Shown in pieces: positions 18,589-30,047 of a stretch of 64,000 nt of DNA; positions within the stretch are counted from its first letter, which is position 1, and every line of letters starts with the position of its first letter. Below the pieces are notes generated by a model, which saw only the letters and a program-made list of their open reading frames with translations, was not told where the DNA came from and ran no database searches. The position numbers and the translations under genes are program-made. The stretch covers positions 1 to 64,000 of IMG/VR virus record IMGVR_UViG_3300009523_000001; one strand, 5' to 3'. The DNA comes from a virus.

Positions 18589-19205
18589 GCCGCCGCCGCG
18601 CCGCCTTGCCCGAGGTCTCTCACCACCACCTACGCAAGCTCGAAATCCTCAACGAGACCGGCTACGACGGCCGGGCGATCCGATCGCTCGTCGTCCGCTG
18701 CCTGCGGTTTTACGGGATGCACGTTCGCGGCGCCGTGCGCGTCGTCTACTCGTCGGTGAGCAGGCACCACGGCTGCGCGGCGCTCGGGAGCAGCCCGGCG
18801 CTGTCGGGGCTCAACATGGCGCTCTCCCTGCCGCGCGACCCGGCCGAGCTCGACGTCGGGCAGTTCGCCCGCGTCGTGCGGCACGAGGTCTTGCACTGGC
18901 GCGGGGCGCAGCACGCCGACATGACGCCGGACATTCTTTATTGCCAGGGTCCGGCTCCGAGCTGGTCGGCCGGCGTCGTTCTCGAGCACGCCGAGGAGGA
19001 GGCCGTCGATCCGTTCGCCGTCCGCACCCAGAAGCTCGCGCACGCGCGCTCGATGCTCAAGCGGGCCGAGACGCGCGTGCGGCGGGCGGAAACGATCGCC
19101 AAGCGGTGGAAGCGGCGCGTGCAGGCGGCCGAGCGGGCGGCTGCGCGGGCGTTCGAAACGGCGGCTCCGTCGGTCGATGTGGCCGCCGACAAGGGGGAGT
19201 CGTGA
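18585..19205 (+). CDS. SprT-like zinc metalloprotease
   Basis: VVRHEVLHWRGAQH (HExxH); basic helical tail. Confidence 0.6.
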   Translation: MSRRRAALPEVSHHHLRKLEILNETGYDGRAIRSLVVRCLRFYGMHVRGAVRVVYSSVSRHHGCAALGSSPALSGLNMALSLPRDPAELDVGQFARVVRHEVLHWRGAQHADMTPDILYCQGPAPSWSAGVVLEHAEEEAVDPFAVRTQKLAHARSMLKRAETRVRRAETIAKRWKRRVQAAERAAARAFETAAPSVDVAADKGES

Positions 19206-21413
19206 GACGAGCACTCGCTCGATTCCGCGTGGACCCGTCCCGGGTGCGGGTAGCCATCCGCGCGGACGGCTCCGAGTGGCTCGCCACAGTCACCTCGAGA
19301 GAGACCGGTCGACGGGTCGAGGCGCGAGGCAGGCATCCGCGGAACGTCATCATGAAGGCGCTGCGCACAGCCGAGGCGGTAATGCTCGGCGGGGTCGACC
19401 TGGGGATGGAGTGGTCTTACGTGCACCCGTACGGAAGAGGTACGCGGTGTGGAGAGGGCTTGCACTGATGAAGAAGTCAGAGAACATCGACGCGAAGACC
19501 GTGGAATCGTTCGGTCGCTTCGCGGCGTCGGGGTACAAGCGGACGCTCTTCACGAAGGAGCTCTACCGTGATCTCTCTCGGACGTTCGAGTTCATCGCAC
19601 ACTTCGACATCGACGGGTTCTACAACGTGCGATTCAGCGGTCCAGCGGAACGGGTGGACACGTTCGCGATCATGGTCGACGAGGAGCAGCAACGACGGAC
19701 ACTGACTGATTTGGAGCAGCAGCTTCGGTCGGTGGTGGTCACTATGGGTCTGTATGGAGCCGCTGCAAATCAGCTCGCGGACGAGACAGAGCGAACGGAA
19801 CGCGCGGAGCTCGCCAGGCTGAAGGCGAAGTACGAAATGGATGAGAGGTTATCGTGAGCACATCCAACGAAACCAACATTCAGCTCCAAGCCATTCTCGA
19901 TGCTGCAAAGGCGATCGTGCAGTGCAAGCACGACGGCAACGGCCTATGCGATGGTGGCTATAGCCTATGCGGGTCTTGCGGAGCGGTCTCCAAATTCGGA
20001 GATCCCTGGGAGCTCTCTCCATCCGTCAAGCGGCTCGTCGATGCTCTTGAGGTGCTGCCGCCAATGCGAGACGTCCTGCCGGACACCATCGTCTCGTTCG
20101 ATGACGTGAAGGCGTTCACGACCGCAGTGTCCAAGCTCGCGTCGACCCGTGGCCTCGATTGCTTGGTCGCCGTGAGCGCACCACGGATCGGGTGGTACGT
20201 GCAGGGGGTGCCTGGCTTCGCCGCCCTCGGTCTCGCCCACCAAGCCGTGTGCTCCATGCAGAAATTCGTCGATGGGACCGGCAGCGGTCCCGAGTTGGTT
20301 CGCGTCCCAGTGTCGCCTGAGGAGACTCCTCTGCAATGAGCACGCACAAGCAGGATCTGCTGGAAGTCGTCGCGATGGCGCGCGAGTCGCTCGGGTCACA
20401 CATGCCAGACGAGGCGAGCGAACTTGACCTGTGGCTCGACCGAGTGAAGAGGCAGATCGAGAGCGGGAGCGTGCACGATCGGCTGCGCCGGCAGGTGAGC
20501 GGTTTTCGCGCCGCGATCGGTCTCGTCCGGGCGACCGCGGCCTCGCTCAAGACCTCACTCGGGATCATCCGCGCGTCCATCCTCACCATCGAAACGACGC
20601 TCGACGCGCTCGACGAGAAGCTGTCGGAGTCGGACGCGCGGCAGGTGGCGATCAACGAGGGGGACGGGGCGAGCGAGAATCCGACTTCAGAGAACGAAGA
20701 CGAACCGCCGGAGTCTGACCCCCGTGCAGAGTACGAAGCCATCGAACATGCAGGCGAGAGGGACCCAAGATCATCATGAAGACGGTCACGATCGGCGACG
20801 TTCTCACGAACGAACAGCTCGAACTCTGCCGCGCGCTCTATCCCGACCATCAACGCATTCGCGACGAGGTCATCAAGCCGAACATGGAGGCCATCAACCG
20901 CAATCTCGGCCAGGAGAACGACGCCGGCTACCTGGCATACGCGATCATCTACGCCATCGAGAGCGCTGGGAGCGCACCATCATGACCCCCAACGAGCTCT
21001 ACGCGCGCGACCCGGTGGAGGTCGTGCGGGACAACTTGGACCCGCTCAAGGGCTACAACTACGACCACCTCCCCGAAGTGGATGCGAACGTGGCCGACCT
21101 GGCCCCTATTGTCGAAGGTCTCCTGAAGGGTCGGTTCGAGCTCCGGTTCTACGGCCGGCGCAGTTCCGACGAGCGCCGGATCTGGTGGCTGTACGCGCTC
21201 TGGCTCGATGGCGCCCCCGTCATGATTCTCCAGAACGCGGGGCGGGAAGGTGATGATCACTCCCGGCGCATCGTGACCCACATGGGGCGACTGGCTCGCG
21301 TGGTGTCATTGCTCCGGGCTTACCTCCCCGCCGAGGCGACCGAGGTGGTGGACCCGACGAAGGAAGTGAAGGGGCTCGACGAGTTCTACGGCGACAGCTT
21401 GGGCGGCCCATGA
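19202..21413 (+). other. Coupled hypothetical genes 19202-19468, 19468-19857, 19854-20339, 20336-20779, 20776-20985, 20982-21413
   Basis: Start/stop overlaps throughout. Confidence 0.6.
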
Positions 21414-23692
21414 TCGCCGACATCGTCCACGCTCCGTCACCCGAGTCCGATCGCGCCGAGCAGGTTGGCGGCGAGCAGCCCGACACTCCGAAGGTCGGCC
21501 GCTGGTACTGGGTGAAGGACGAGGGAGGTGCCCCCTCGCTGGCGTGCGTGACCAAGCTCGGCTCGAACTACGTGGAGGTCACGTACATCGAGCACGAGTC
21601 GACGCAGCGACTCCACAACGACATCTTCTGGTCCCTCTGCGAGTTTGTCGAAGATCCGGAGGCGCTCCTGCGCGGCAACGCCGAGCGGTGCCGGCGCGAG
21701 CTCGACGGACTCATGGAGGAGGTCAAGTTCCTCACTGCGAAGCTCGGGGTCGCCCCCAGCCTGTCACTCGGTTCGGGCGAGGTCGCCGCGACGGCGATCA
21801 CGGTCGCGGCCGATCAGCCAGCCGCCGAGTACAAGACCGCGCTCGTGAAGGCCAAGGACGAGATGCTCCCGGAGCTGTTCGAGAAAATCAAGGGAAAGAG
21901 CGAGGAGTACAAGCACTGGCTGTCGGCGCAGGTCATCCCGATGAAGGCCGAGGCGCGTTCGCTCAAGCCGGCCATCCAGCGGGTCGAGGACCGCATCTTC
22001 TCCGTCGAGCTCTACGCGGGGCTCTGCGAGACGGTGAAGTGCGTCAAGGACGGCAAGCCCGCGGCGCTGACGGAGCCCGTGCACCTCTTTCAGCGGCGTC
22101 TGTGCATGGATGAGGAGTGCCTCGCGAACTACGACACGGGAGGCATGGAGTTCAAGGACATCCGCGCATTCGACCGCTGGCTCTGTCGGAAGGACAACCT
22201 CGACCGGGTGCTCCCGTTCCAGCGCACGGTCGTGGCGATGCGGGTCCGCCGGCACGACAAGGAGCGGGAGGCCGGAAGCATTCGCGAGTTCATCCGCTTC
22301 ATGGACTTGAAGCAGCTCGACACGCTGACGTTCCTCTACATCCGCAACGGCGCGCAGGTGCATCGGTTGTCGACCGAGATCGACTTCGGCGAGAAGCTCT
22401 TCCCGGACGCCGACCACCCGACACTCTCGGCTGGCGAGGGGCGGCTCTACGCCAAGGGCAGCGGCAAGGACTTCACGGTCATCGGCGAGAACGAGTACCG
22501 CGCGAGGGTCGAGAGCGACGAGCAGAAGGAGCGCGAGACCAAGCGACGGGTCGCGGAAGAGAACAAGAAACCGAAGGCTGAGCGCGAGTACGTCTCGAGC
22601 TTCTCCTACTTCGATCGGGCGGCCCGCGACTACGTGCCGTTCACCCGGGAGAGCGTCGAGTACGACGACATCGCGCGCCGGATCGCGCGCCAGATGGAGC
22701 AGCACAACCGCGTCGTGCTCGTGCTTCAAGGGCTGCTCGACCGGTCGCCTGCGCTGCACCCGCACCCGCCGTGGAGGCTTTACGACGCGGCAGGCTTCGG
22801 GCAGGCGCTGCGCCTGCATCGCGACTCGGATCGGGTGCTCGTGGCCGGCGACAGGCCCGACTTCGAGGCGTACCGGGCACGCGTCAACGCGCTGCTCGCG
22901 GTCGGCTCGGTGACGGTCGGTCAGGAAGTCGCCTGGGAGCGGCTGGAGGCGAGGAAGGAAAACGCTCGGCGGGACGCTCTCGGCCGCAGGGCTAGCGAAT
23001 GGCGGCCCGATCGCTACCAGCCGAGCGGCGATCCGGGACCGGGCCGATTCGCGCGGGTTGCGCGACTCGCGAAGAAGGACGGCCGCGCGTGGTACCGGTG
23101 GACCAAGGAGCGCAGCCGGGGCGGTGGCCCGCCGGTCGGCCGTACCTACGTCTGCAGGACGAGCCGCGTGCTCAACGTCGACGGCTACCAGGCTGGCGAC
23201 TACAAGCAGTTCTTCGCGGATCCGCGCACCCGCGAGGAGTACCTCGGGTGGGCGCCGCTGCTGCTCTCGGCCGAGGAGTACAAGGCGGGTCGGCACGAAG
23301 AGCCCCCTCCGCTCGCAGCGCCGCCGAAGCCGGTACCCAAGCCACAGTCGGACGGGCGAAGCGAGTACGCCCGGCGCAAGGCGGACAAGGCCTTGCTCGG
23401 CAAGGCTGTGCGGCTGGTCCGGTCCATCACGACCAGGGGCGGAACCAAGTACGCGAAGGGGTTGCTCTGGCGGGTGACGCACTTGTCGCGCGGGACCTTC
23501 ACGATCGACGGCATCCGACCGGACGGGTCCATCGAGCGGCCGAAGGAGCAAGACTACGGCTGCGAGCGGTCGATTCGCTGCGTGTCGCGGCACGACTTCG
23601 AGCTGGCGGTGGGGATTTCGGACGACCTGGAGTATGCGGCCAAGCCGGCGAAGCGGATCAAGGTGCGGGACGAGGAGGACGACGATGGTTGA
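21410..23692 (+). CDS. Large hypothetical protein (760 aa) with coiled-coil N-half
   Basis: Long ORF with GC3-biased codons, coupled on both sides; no recognised catalytic motif. Confidence 0.8.
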   Translation: MIADIVHAPSPESDRAEQVGGEQPDTPKVGRWYWVKDEGGAPSLACVTKLGSNYVEVTYIEHESTQRLHNDIFWSLCEFVEDPEALLRGNAERCRRELDGLMEEVKFLTAKLGVAPSLSLGSGEVAATAITVAADQPAAEYKTALVKAKDEMLPELFEKIKGKSEEYKHWLSAQVIPMKAEARSLKPAIQRVEDRIFSVELYAGLCETVKCVKDGKPAALTEPVHLFQRRLCMDEECLANYDTGGMEFKDIRAFDRWLCRKDNLDRVLPFQRTVVAMRVRRHDKEREAGSIREFIRFMDLKQLDTLTFLYIRNGAQVHRLSTEIDFGEKLFPDADHPTLSAGEGRLYAKGSGKDFTVIGENEYRARVESDEQKERETKRRVAEENKKPKAEREYVSSFSYFDRAARDYVPFTRESVEYDDIARRIARQMEQHNRVVLVLQGLLDRSPALHPHPPWRLYDAAGFGQALRLHRDSDRVLVAGDRPDFEAYRARVNALLAVGSVTVGQEVAWERLEARKENARRDALGRRASEWRPDRYQPSGDPGPGRFARVARLAKKDGRAWYRWTKERSRGGGPPVGRTYVCRTSRVLNVDGYQAGDYKQFFADPRTREEYLGWAPLLLSAEEYKAGRHEEPPPLAAPPKPVPKPQSDGRSEYARRKADKALLGKAVRLVRSITTRGGTKYAKGLLWRVTHLSRGTFTIDGIRPDGSIERPKEQDYGCERSIRCVSRHDFELAVGISDDLEYAAKPAKRIKVRDEEDDDG

Positions 23693-24191
23693 GAAACGCT
23701 GTTTCGAGGGGACGCTCGCCCACGAGGACGAATCGCATGCCCAGGACACGTACGTCGTGCTGAGTGAATCGCCGCCGCGCATCGCGTACTGGCAGGAGTG
23801 GGTGCGGGGGCTGCACGGCCGGCGTATTCGCATCACGGTCGAAGAGGTCGGCAACGCCAGGCGTCGCGTCTACCTCGAGTCGCCGTTCCGCGCCGACACG
23901 CCCGAAGGGTGCGAACGCAACCTCGAATACCTCTGGCGGAGCATGCGCGATTCGATGGATCGGACCGAGGCCCCGTTCGCCAGTCACGCCCTCTACACGC
24001 AGTTTCTGGACGAGGACGTTCCGGCGGAGCGCGAGATCGGGATCGCGTGCGGCCTCGCCTGGGCCGTCCAGGCGGAGGCCACGGTGGTCTACAGGGACCT
24101 CGGAATCACCGAGGGGATGCGGCGGGGGATCGACGCGGCGCAGGCGAGTGGTAGGCCGGTCGAGTACCGGACGATTGGAGAGCGAGCATGA
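23685..24191 (+). CDS. Nucleoside 2-deoxyribosyltransferase-like (DUF4406/DUF7768-type) protein
   Basis: VYLESPFR...EAPFASHALYTQFLDE...ERE.G...GITEGM. Confidence 0.65.
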   Translation: MVEKRCFEGTLAHEDESHAQDTYVVLSESPPRIAYWQEWVRGLHGRRIRITVEEVGNARRRVYLESPFRADTPEGCERNLEYLWRSMRDSMDRTEAPFASHALYTQFLDEDVPAEREIGIACGLAWAVQAEATVVYRDLGITEGMRRGIDAAQASGRPVEYRTIGERA

Positions 24192-24234
24192 TTCGATTGA
24201 TTCGTTGGTGCCTAGCCTTGGTCCGAGGCTGCGG

Positions 24235-24780
24235 ATGACCACCTGGATCACAGCGGACGAACACTACGGCCACACGAACATCATTCGTTATTGCGAGCGA
24301 CCGTTCTTCGATGCCGAGCACATGAAGCAGGAGCTCGTGGCCAGGCACAACGCCGTCGTCGGCCCGTCCGACCACGTGATCCACGTAGGCGATTTCGCGA
24401 TGAACGAGCAGCTCGTGTCCTCGATCCTGCCACAGCTCCACGGCCGGCACACCCTCGTCTTCGGCAACCACGATCGCTGCCACCCGTGCCGGAAGGATCA
24501 CGTAGCCGCCAAGGGGCGCTACCTCCGTGCAGGCTTTGTGGAGGTGGTCGAGAGCCTCGTCGTGGACGGGATGCTCGTGCACCACATGCCGTACTCGGGC
24601 GATGACCGGGAGAAGTACCACGCGTACCGACCGTATGACTACGGACGAGTGCTCCTGCACGGGCACATCCACGGGTTATGGAAGACGCGCGGCCGGATGA
24701 TCAACGTAGGGGTCGACGTGCGCGATTACGCGCCGGTGGCGCTCGAGGCGATCGTGGAGGAGGTCAAATGCCTCGGATGA
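24235..24780 (+). CDS. Calcineurin-like metallophosphoesterase
   Basis: ADEHYGH, VGDF, GNHD, LHGHIH, INVGVD. Confidence 0.9.
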   Translation: MTTWITADEHYGHTNIIRYCERPFFDAEHMKQELVARHNAVVGPSDHVIHVGDFAMNEQLVSSILPQLHGRHTLVFGNHDRCHPCRKDHVAAKGRYLRAGFVEVVESLVVDGMLVHHMPYSGDDREKYHAYRPYDYGRVLLHGHIHGLWKTRGRMINVGVDVRDYAPVALEAIVEEVKCLG

Positions 24781-27432
24781 ATCCATTGCTGCACGATTTT
24801 AGCCGCCTGAAGCGCGCACGCAACCGACTGGCCGGTCTCGTGGACGCCGTCGAGTCCACTGAACCCGATTCATATTTCACTCGGGCGCAAGTCGCCTTCC
24901 GGCGTCGTGTCCGCCTGGCGCAGGACGCGGTGCTTGGATCACGCGAATCGCTCCGCGAGAAGCTCGCAGCGGCGGCTGACGCGCTGGAGTGGTACGCGTC
25001 CCAACCCAACGGAGAGCGGGCTAAAGCGGTGCTCGGCTTCATAGAAGGGTCGGACGGAACCAACATGGGCCGTCGATGAAACGCGATTACGACCTCCTGG
25101 CCCGATCGGTACCGTGCCCCCGCTGCGGGGCGGCCAAGGGCGCCCGGTGCTTCGGCAGACCTCCCGGACCGTACCGGATCAAGCACACCTACTGCGCTCG
25201 CCGTGCTCTGGCTACAGAGACCCGCAGGGAGTCGAGGATCCCATGACAGAACCATCGCCTGCCAAGTGGCCGATCGCTACCGTGGTAGAAATAAGCGTTA
25301 TCGGCGTTTTCCCCGCGAGCGAGTATCCCGCACTCCAGACCCTCGTTGAGCAGTTCCAGGAGGAGTTGCATGCGCGGTTCGAGACGGCGGGCGGCCGGGA
25401 CGTCCATAACCGTTGGGTCGAGGTCCGGCAGGCCACCCGGGAGGAGGTCTTGCACTTCACGCCGCGCAAGCTGCACTACACCGAGGACGGCCGGCGGCAC
25501 GCCTGCGACACCGCGCACGTAGCCCGCCGCAACCTCACAACGAACCGCGAGGAGGTCACCTGCAAGCTCTGCCGGCGCAAGCTCGCCCTCGTCGAGGCGC
25601 CGTGACCCTTATCCGCGCGCAGCGGCGTGCCGTACCCTCGGAGGGCTCATGGCGACGCAGGTAAGCAAGTGCCCGTTCTGCCGGCTCGAGGTCCAGAAGG
25701 ACGACGCCGCGCAGGCCATCGCCCACGAGGGCCCCGTGTGCCCCGAGTTCGAGAAGCTCGCCACCAGCCAGGGCATCCCGGAGGTGCGCGAGGTCTGGCG
25801 GGAGGCGCTCCCGGCCCACTTCGCGGTACTGGCGAGTCGGGTGCGGAGGCGAAAGGAGAGCGGTCGATGAACAAACAGTGTGGGTGTGGGAGACAGTACG
25901 ACTCGGGTGAGTGGAAACTCTTGCCCTACGTTGGCGAGATAGACGACGAGGTAGAGCGGCTCGAACTTCGTAATTGCTCATGCAAGTCGACTTTGGCGAT
26001 TGTGCTGGGACCGAGCCTGATTGGCATGCAGCCGACGGAGGCGCCGTGAAGCCCTACCGCGTCGTCGCCCCAGACGGTTCCGAGCTCGGTCGGCTGCTCG
26101 CCAGGAGCCAAGACGACGCCGAGGAGCGGGCGGCGAGCATGTGGCCGGGGAAGCAGTTCACCGTGGAGGAGGTACGATGAAGACCAAGACGGTTACTCGC
26201 GCAGGAGGACGGCCAGTTGGTCACTGCATTTGCCTCTGCGAGCACTGCGAGGCGACGTTCGACCATCCGGCTGTCGAGGAGTGCGAGACCGCCGACGGGC
26301 ACTGTGAGCATTTGATGCACGCCGGCTGGCGGCCGGTGTGGGTGCGAGTCTCGCTGCAGGGGCCGGAAGGGGAACAGGACCGGCACATCTTCAGCAAGGG
26401 CGGGTGGATTTGCGTCCAGTGCGCGAAAACCTTCCTCGGGACGCGTCCGCTCCGGCCAAAGGAACGCCATTTGGATCGGGGGCGCCACCAGGAGGTGCGT
26501 ACCCGATGACAACCAAGCACCGTTACGGTTCCGTGAAGGGGCGCGTGTACCGGCGGACGCTCGCGCGGATGCGCGCCGGCAAACCGGGCGACTGGACGAC
26601 GGATCGTGCCGATCACGATCGGGTCGTCGTCAGGCGGCTCCTGTCGCGAGTCGGATACGGGGGCCGTAAGGGGCACCGCGCGTTCTTGCGACTTTGGCGG
26701 ATGGGGATTCGTCCTCCCGCGACGCGGATCACCTTGGCCATCAAGGGGTTCGAGTTTCGGAAGTTGGATCACCCCGTCTACTGCGAGAGCGGCGTTACAC
26801 TCGGTCGCAGACAGGGATGCGTGTGCGTCCCAGAGCCTGAACCGTGCGATGACTGCGTGCGGTTCGAGCGTGAGATGGCCGCAAACTGTCCACCGAGCGA
26901 GCCGTGAGCGCGTTCATCGTTGAGGTCAGCGGTCCGTGGCCAGAGTGGAGGCCAGCGGTCACCCCGCCTCCGCGGAACCAAGATGGTACCCTAAGCGCCA
27001 TATCGCCCGAGCGGGCAAGCACGTTCTCACTCCGATCGGATGCCGACCATCTCCTGGCAACGCTTGCAGGAATGAGCGAGAACGCTCCGTTCGCATTTCG
27101 CGTACGGGAGATAGCGTGAGCCCCTTCGTTCTCTGGCTGGACCAGACCCTCGGCCCGCCGTGGAGCGGGCTCGTCATGATCGCCCTCGTCGGGTCGCTCT
27201 CGGCGTTCTCCGCGTACGTGGCCATTCAGACCATTCATTACGTTTACCGAGACAAGCCGTGAGTGATCTCGCCAAACTGGTGGACTGGTTGCGAAGGCTC
27301 GAGGCCGTCGCCGACGCCGTTCGGTCTTGGAGGTCGAGCTGCCTGCAACCGTTCTCGAACCGACTTGGACTCGGCATCCTCGAGAGCGTCATCGGCCAGA
27401 ACCTCGTCGAGATCCTTGGAAGACCCGAATGA
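24768..27432 (+). other. Run of small coupled hypothetical genes, many Cys-rich (24768-25079, 25076-25246, 25243-25605, 25649-25870, 25867-26049, 26046-26180, 26177-26509, 26506-26907, 26904-27119, 27116-27262, 27259-27432)
   Basis: Overlapping starts/stops; CxxC motifs. Confidence 0.55.
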
Positions 27433-27797
27433 AAGCGTCACACTGCGGCGGCTTCCGACTGGTGAAGGGCAATCCGCCAAGGATCGTGGAGATCCACGGC
27501 AACGCGTGTCGGTCCGCCGAGGGACTCTGCGCGTGTTCGTGCAAGCGGTGCGTGGCAGCGCGCAATTGCAAGCACGAGCACACGTACCTCTCGATGGGGT
27601 CGATGACTCCGATGTTCCCCGAGCTCGGTCCCGTCCTCGCGCTTGGCGCGCCCCTGCCCGAACTCGAACCGCAGACCGTGACGGCGAAACTGCGCCGCGC
27701 GGACGACCCGGTGCCAACGGCGACGTCGTGGCGAGCGGAGGTGTGCATGGACTGCGGGATGCGGGTGGCCGGTACGAAGCAAGAAGGAGTTTTCTGA
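27429..27797 (+). CDS. SWIM-type zinc-finger protein
   Basis: CSC...CKH motif. Confidence 0.5.
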   Translation: MKASHCGGFRLVKGNPPRIVEIHGNACRSAEGLCACSCKRCVAARNCKHEHTYLSMGSMTPMFPELGPVLALGAPLPELEPQTVTAKLRRADDPVPTATSWRAEVCMDCGMRVAGTKQEGVF

Positions 27798-27800
27798 GGC

Positions 27801-28187
27801 ATGCAATTCTGCTCACGGCACTGGGATGCGCTGCGGGATGCTATCCGGCAGCGGGGTCTCTTCGATCTCGTGTCGAAGTCCGGCGAGGAAATCACCGGCA
27901 AGCAATTTGAGGAGCTGCAGTCCGGCCAGGTGACCCGGACAACTTTCGACCCGCTGATGGTGGCGCACAACGCCATCGTCTCGCGAGCGTTGGACATCGC
28001 CGGGCTTAGCCTCCTCGTGACAAACGAGGACGGCACCGACCGGTGTCCACTCTGCTGGCTCAAGACCGGCCACGACGAGCAGTGCAAGATTGAGGGTTGC
28101 ACGCACTCGTTCGAGCCGTGGATCGGTTTCGCGGCCGACGACGTGCGCAAGGAAGCCATCCGTCTCGGGCTGATGGCCGAAGCGTGA
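27801..28187 (+). CDS. Hypothetical protein
   Basis: MQFCSRHW...CPLC; good codon usage. Confidence 0.65.
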   Translation: MQFCSRHWDALRDAIRQRGLFDLVSKSGEEITGKQFEELQSGQVTRTTFDPLMVAHNAIVSRALDIAGLSLLVTNEDGTDRCPLCWLKTGHDEQCKIEGCTHSFEPWIGFAADDVRKEAIRLGLMAEA

Positions 28188-28198
28188 GGGAGCACTCC

Positions 28199-28828
28199 AT
28201 GACCCAGCGTGAAGACGACCTCAAGCTGCTCAACGTCCTGCTCAAGGAGCACTCGAGCGAGCTGACCGACGCCGAGACCGAGGTGCTCGTCGGCATGCGG
28301 TTCGACCTGACGGCGTACGACGAGGGGATGTTCCTGCAGCTCACCGACAAGCAGCGCACGATGGTTACGGCGGTCCGCGAGCGGCTGCGAACCATGACCC
28401 AGCGCACGTCCGACCTCACGCTCTTGAACGAATTGCTCAACAGCCACGTCGACGAACTGACCGACGTCGAGATGGAGGCGTTCGCCAGCATGCGGTTCGA
28501 TCTGCAGGCGTACGGTGGCATTCTCGGGCCCGAGTCGGCGAGCGGTCGCCGGTTCCAGCAGTTGACCGCGGACCAGCGCGTGTGGGTGGTGAGCGCCCAC
28601 GAGCGCATTGTGGGCAAACCGTCGACCCGGCTGACGGCCGGGGAGATCCCGCGCGGTCGCGAGGTCCCGTTGCCACCGGTGCTCCAGAACTTGCCCAGGC
28701 GTCCCCCGCCGCTGCCTAAGCCGGTCTCGAACGGGCCGCCGCGCGCGAGCCGCCGGCACTGCGGGCGCACCGACGAGGGGTGCTACGCGTTCGTGAACGG
28801 GGACTGCACGTGCGGGTGCTGCTCGTAG
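28199..28828 (+). CDS. Hypothetical protein with tandem ~65-aa internal duplication
   Basis: MTQR..DL.LLN.LL..H..ELTD.E.E....MRFDL.AY...F.QLT..QR occurs twice. Confidence 0.7.
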   Translation: MTQREDDLKLLNVLLKEHSSELTDAETEVLVGMRFDLTAYDEGMFLQLTDKQRTMVTAVRERLRTMTQRTSDLTLLNELLNSHVDELTDVEMEAFASMRFDLQAYGGILGPESASGRRFQQLTADQRVWVVSAHERIVGKPSTRLTAGEIPRGREVPLPPVLQNLPRRPPPLPKPVSNGPPRASRRHCGRTDEGCYAFVNGDCTCGCCS

Positions 28829-28853
28829 CAAGACGAAAACGTCGTATCGCTCC

Positions 28854-28882
28854 TTGATCCCACCACGGGATCGCGCTACAGT
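28854..28882 (+). promoter_or_regulatory. higBA promoter with palindromic operator
   Basis: TTGATC-N17-TACAGT; GATCCC-N5-GGGATC at 28856-28872. Confidence 0.7.
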
Positions 28883-28894
28883 TCTCCGTGGCTG

Positions 28895-29221
28895 ATGCGA
28901 CTGTACGAACGGCGGACAGTCATCCAGTTCGCACGCCGCTACATCGATGCTGCGCAACCGTTATTTGCTTGGCTCAAGGAGATTGAGGATGCCCATTACG
29001 AGAATCCCGCGCAGCTCCGACAACGACACGGATCCGCAGACTTCGTGGGCGACAAAGTCATCTTCGACATCGGTGGCAATAAGTACAGGCTCGTGGTCAG
29101 CGTTCGCTACGCAAACCTAAAACGCCAGCCATCCCTCAACGGCATTGTCTTTATCCTCTTCCTCGGCACGCATGAACAATACGACAAAATCGATGTCGCA
29201 AAACTGACGAGGCCTCAATGA
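28895..29221 (+). CDS. higB: HigB-family toxin (RelE superfamily)
   Basis: SADFVGDKVIFDIGGNKYRLV...FLGTHEQYDKID. Confidence 0.9.
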   Translation: MRLYERRTVIQFARRYIDAAQPLFAWLKEIEDAHYENPAQLRQRHGSADFVGDKVIFDIGGNKYRLVVSVRYANLKRQPSLNGIVFILFLGTHEQYDKIDVAKLTRPQ

Positions 29222-29592
29222 GTGTCCGCCCCATCCGCACGCAAGCCGACTACGAGCGCGGCCTCCGTGAGATCAATCGTCTCTGGGACGCGCGTCCCGG
29301 TTCGGTGGAGGAGGACGAACTGGAAGCGATCGGCGCGCTCGTTGAGGCGTACGAGAAGCGTGTCTACCCCGTACCCGACCCCGATCCCATTGAGGCGATC
29401 AAGTTCAGGATGGAGCAAGGGGGTCTCACGAGTACCGATCTCTTGCCGATCTTCGGCACGCGCGGTCGCCTCTCGGAGGTGCTGAACCGCAGGCGCCCGT
29501 TGACGTTGGACATGATCCGACAGCTCCACTACCGTCTCGGGATCCCGCTGCAGTCCCTCGTGACCAGGCCGAGTCGGGCTGCATCCGTTTGA
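29218..29592 (+). CDS. higA: HigA-family antitoxin (HTH)
   Basis: PIRTQADY, LVEAYE, PDPIEAIKFRMEQ, SEVLNRRRPLTL.MIR.LH. Confidence 0.9.
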   Translation: MSVRPIRTQADYERGLREINRLWDARPGSVEEDELEAIGALVEAYEKRVYPVPDPDPIEAIKFRMEQGGLTSTDLLPIFGTRGRLSEVLNRRRPLTLDMIRQLHYRLGIPLQSLVTRPSRAASV

Positions 29593-29629
29593 GCCGCTGG
29601 CGCTGCTGGCTGGATGGGCCTGATCCATA

Positions 29630-30043
29630 ATGGGATCCGATCTGTACGTGAGCGTGGAGTGTCGCCGCCACGGCAACCACTTCGGAGACCTGTTCGAGGG
29701 CCCCTCGACGTGCCTCGCGAGAGGGATCGTCGTCGACGCGTTCGGCGACTGCGACCCAGAGTCGCCGATCGCGCAATTCCCAGGTTACCTCACGCACGCC
29801 GAATGGACGAAGATGCAAAGCCACGAGGAGTGCCCCTGGCGGCTCGACGAGCCGTACTGGGTCCGCAAGGTGACGGGCGCCGAGTTCGTGGGCATCGTCC
29901 GCGAACGGCGGTGGAGGACCCTGCAAGACGGCGATTTCGCCGACACCGAGTGCGATCCCGAGCTGCGGGCGTTCGCGGCGATGGTCGAATCGCTGCTCGC
30001 TGACGGGCTCGACGTGAACGTGTGGTGCTGGCACTCGCAATAA
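29630..30043 (+). CDS. Hypothetical phage protein
   Basis: MGSDLYVSVE N-terminus typical of phage hypotheticals. Confidence 0.6.
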   Translation: MGSDLYVSVECRRHGNHFGDLFEGPSTCLARGIVVDAFGDCDPESPIAQFPGYLTHAEWTKMQSHEECPWRLDEPYWVRKVTGAEFVGIVRERRWRTLQDGDFADTECDPELRAFAAMVESLLADGLDVNVWCWHSQ

Positions 30044-30047
30044 GAGG

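Noticed and set aside
21764-23854. 696-aa minus-strand ORF (and similar long antisense ORFs at 12610-14133, 33766-35487, 56555-58135, 59096-60517)
   Set aside because: Typical antisense shadows of high-GC3 genes, with no motifs or RBS
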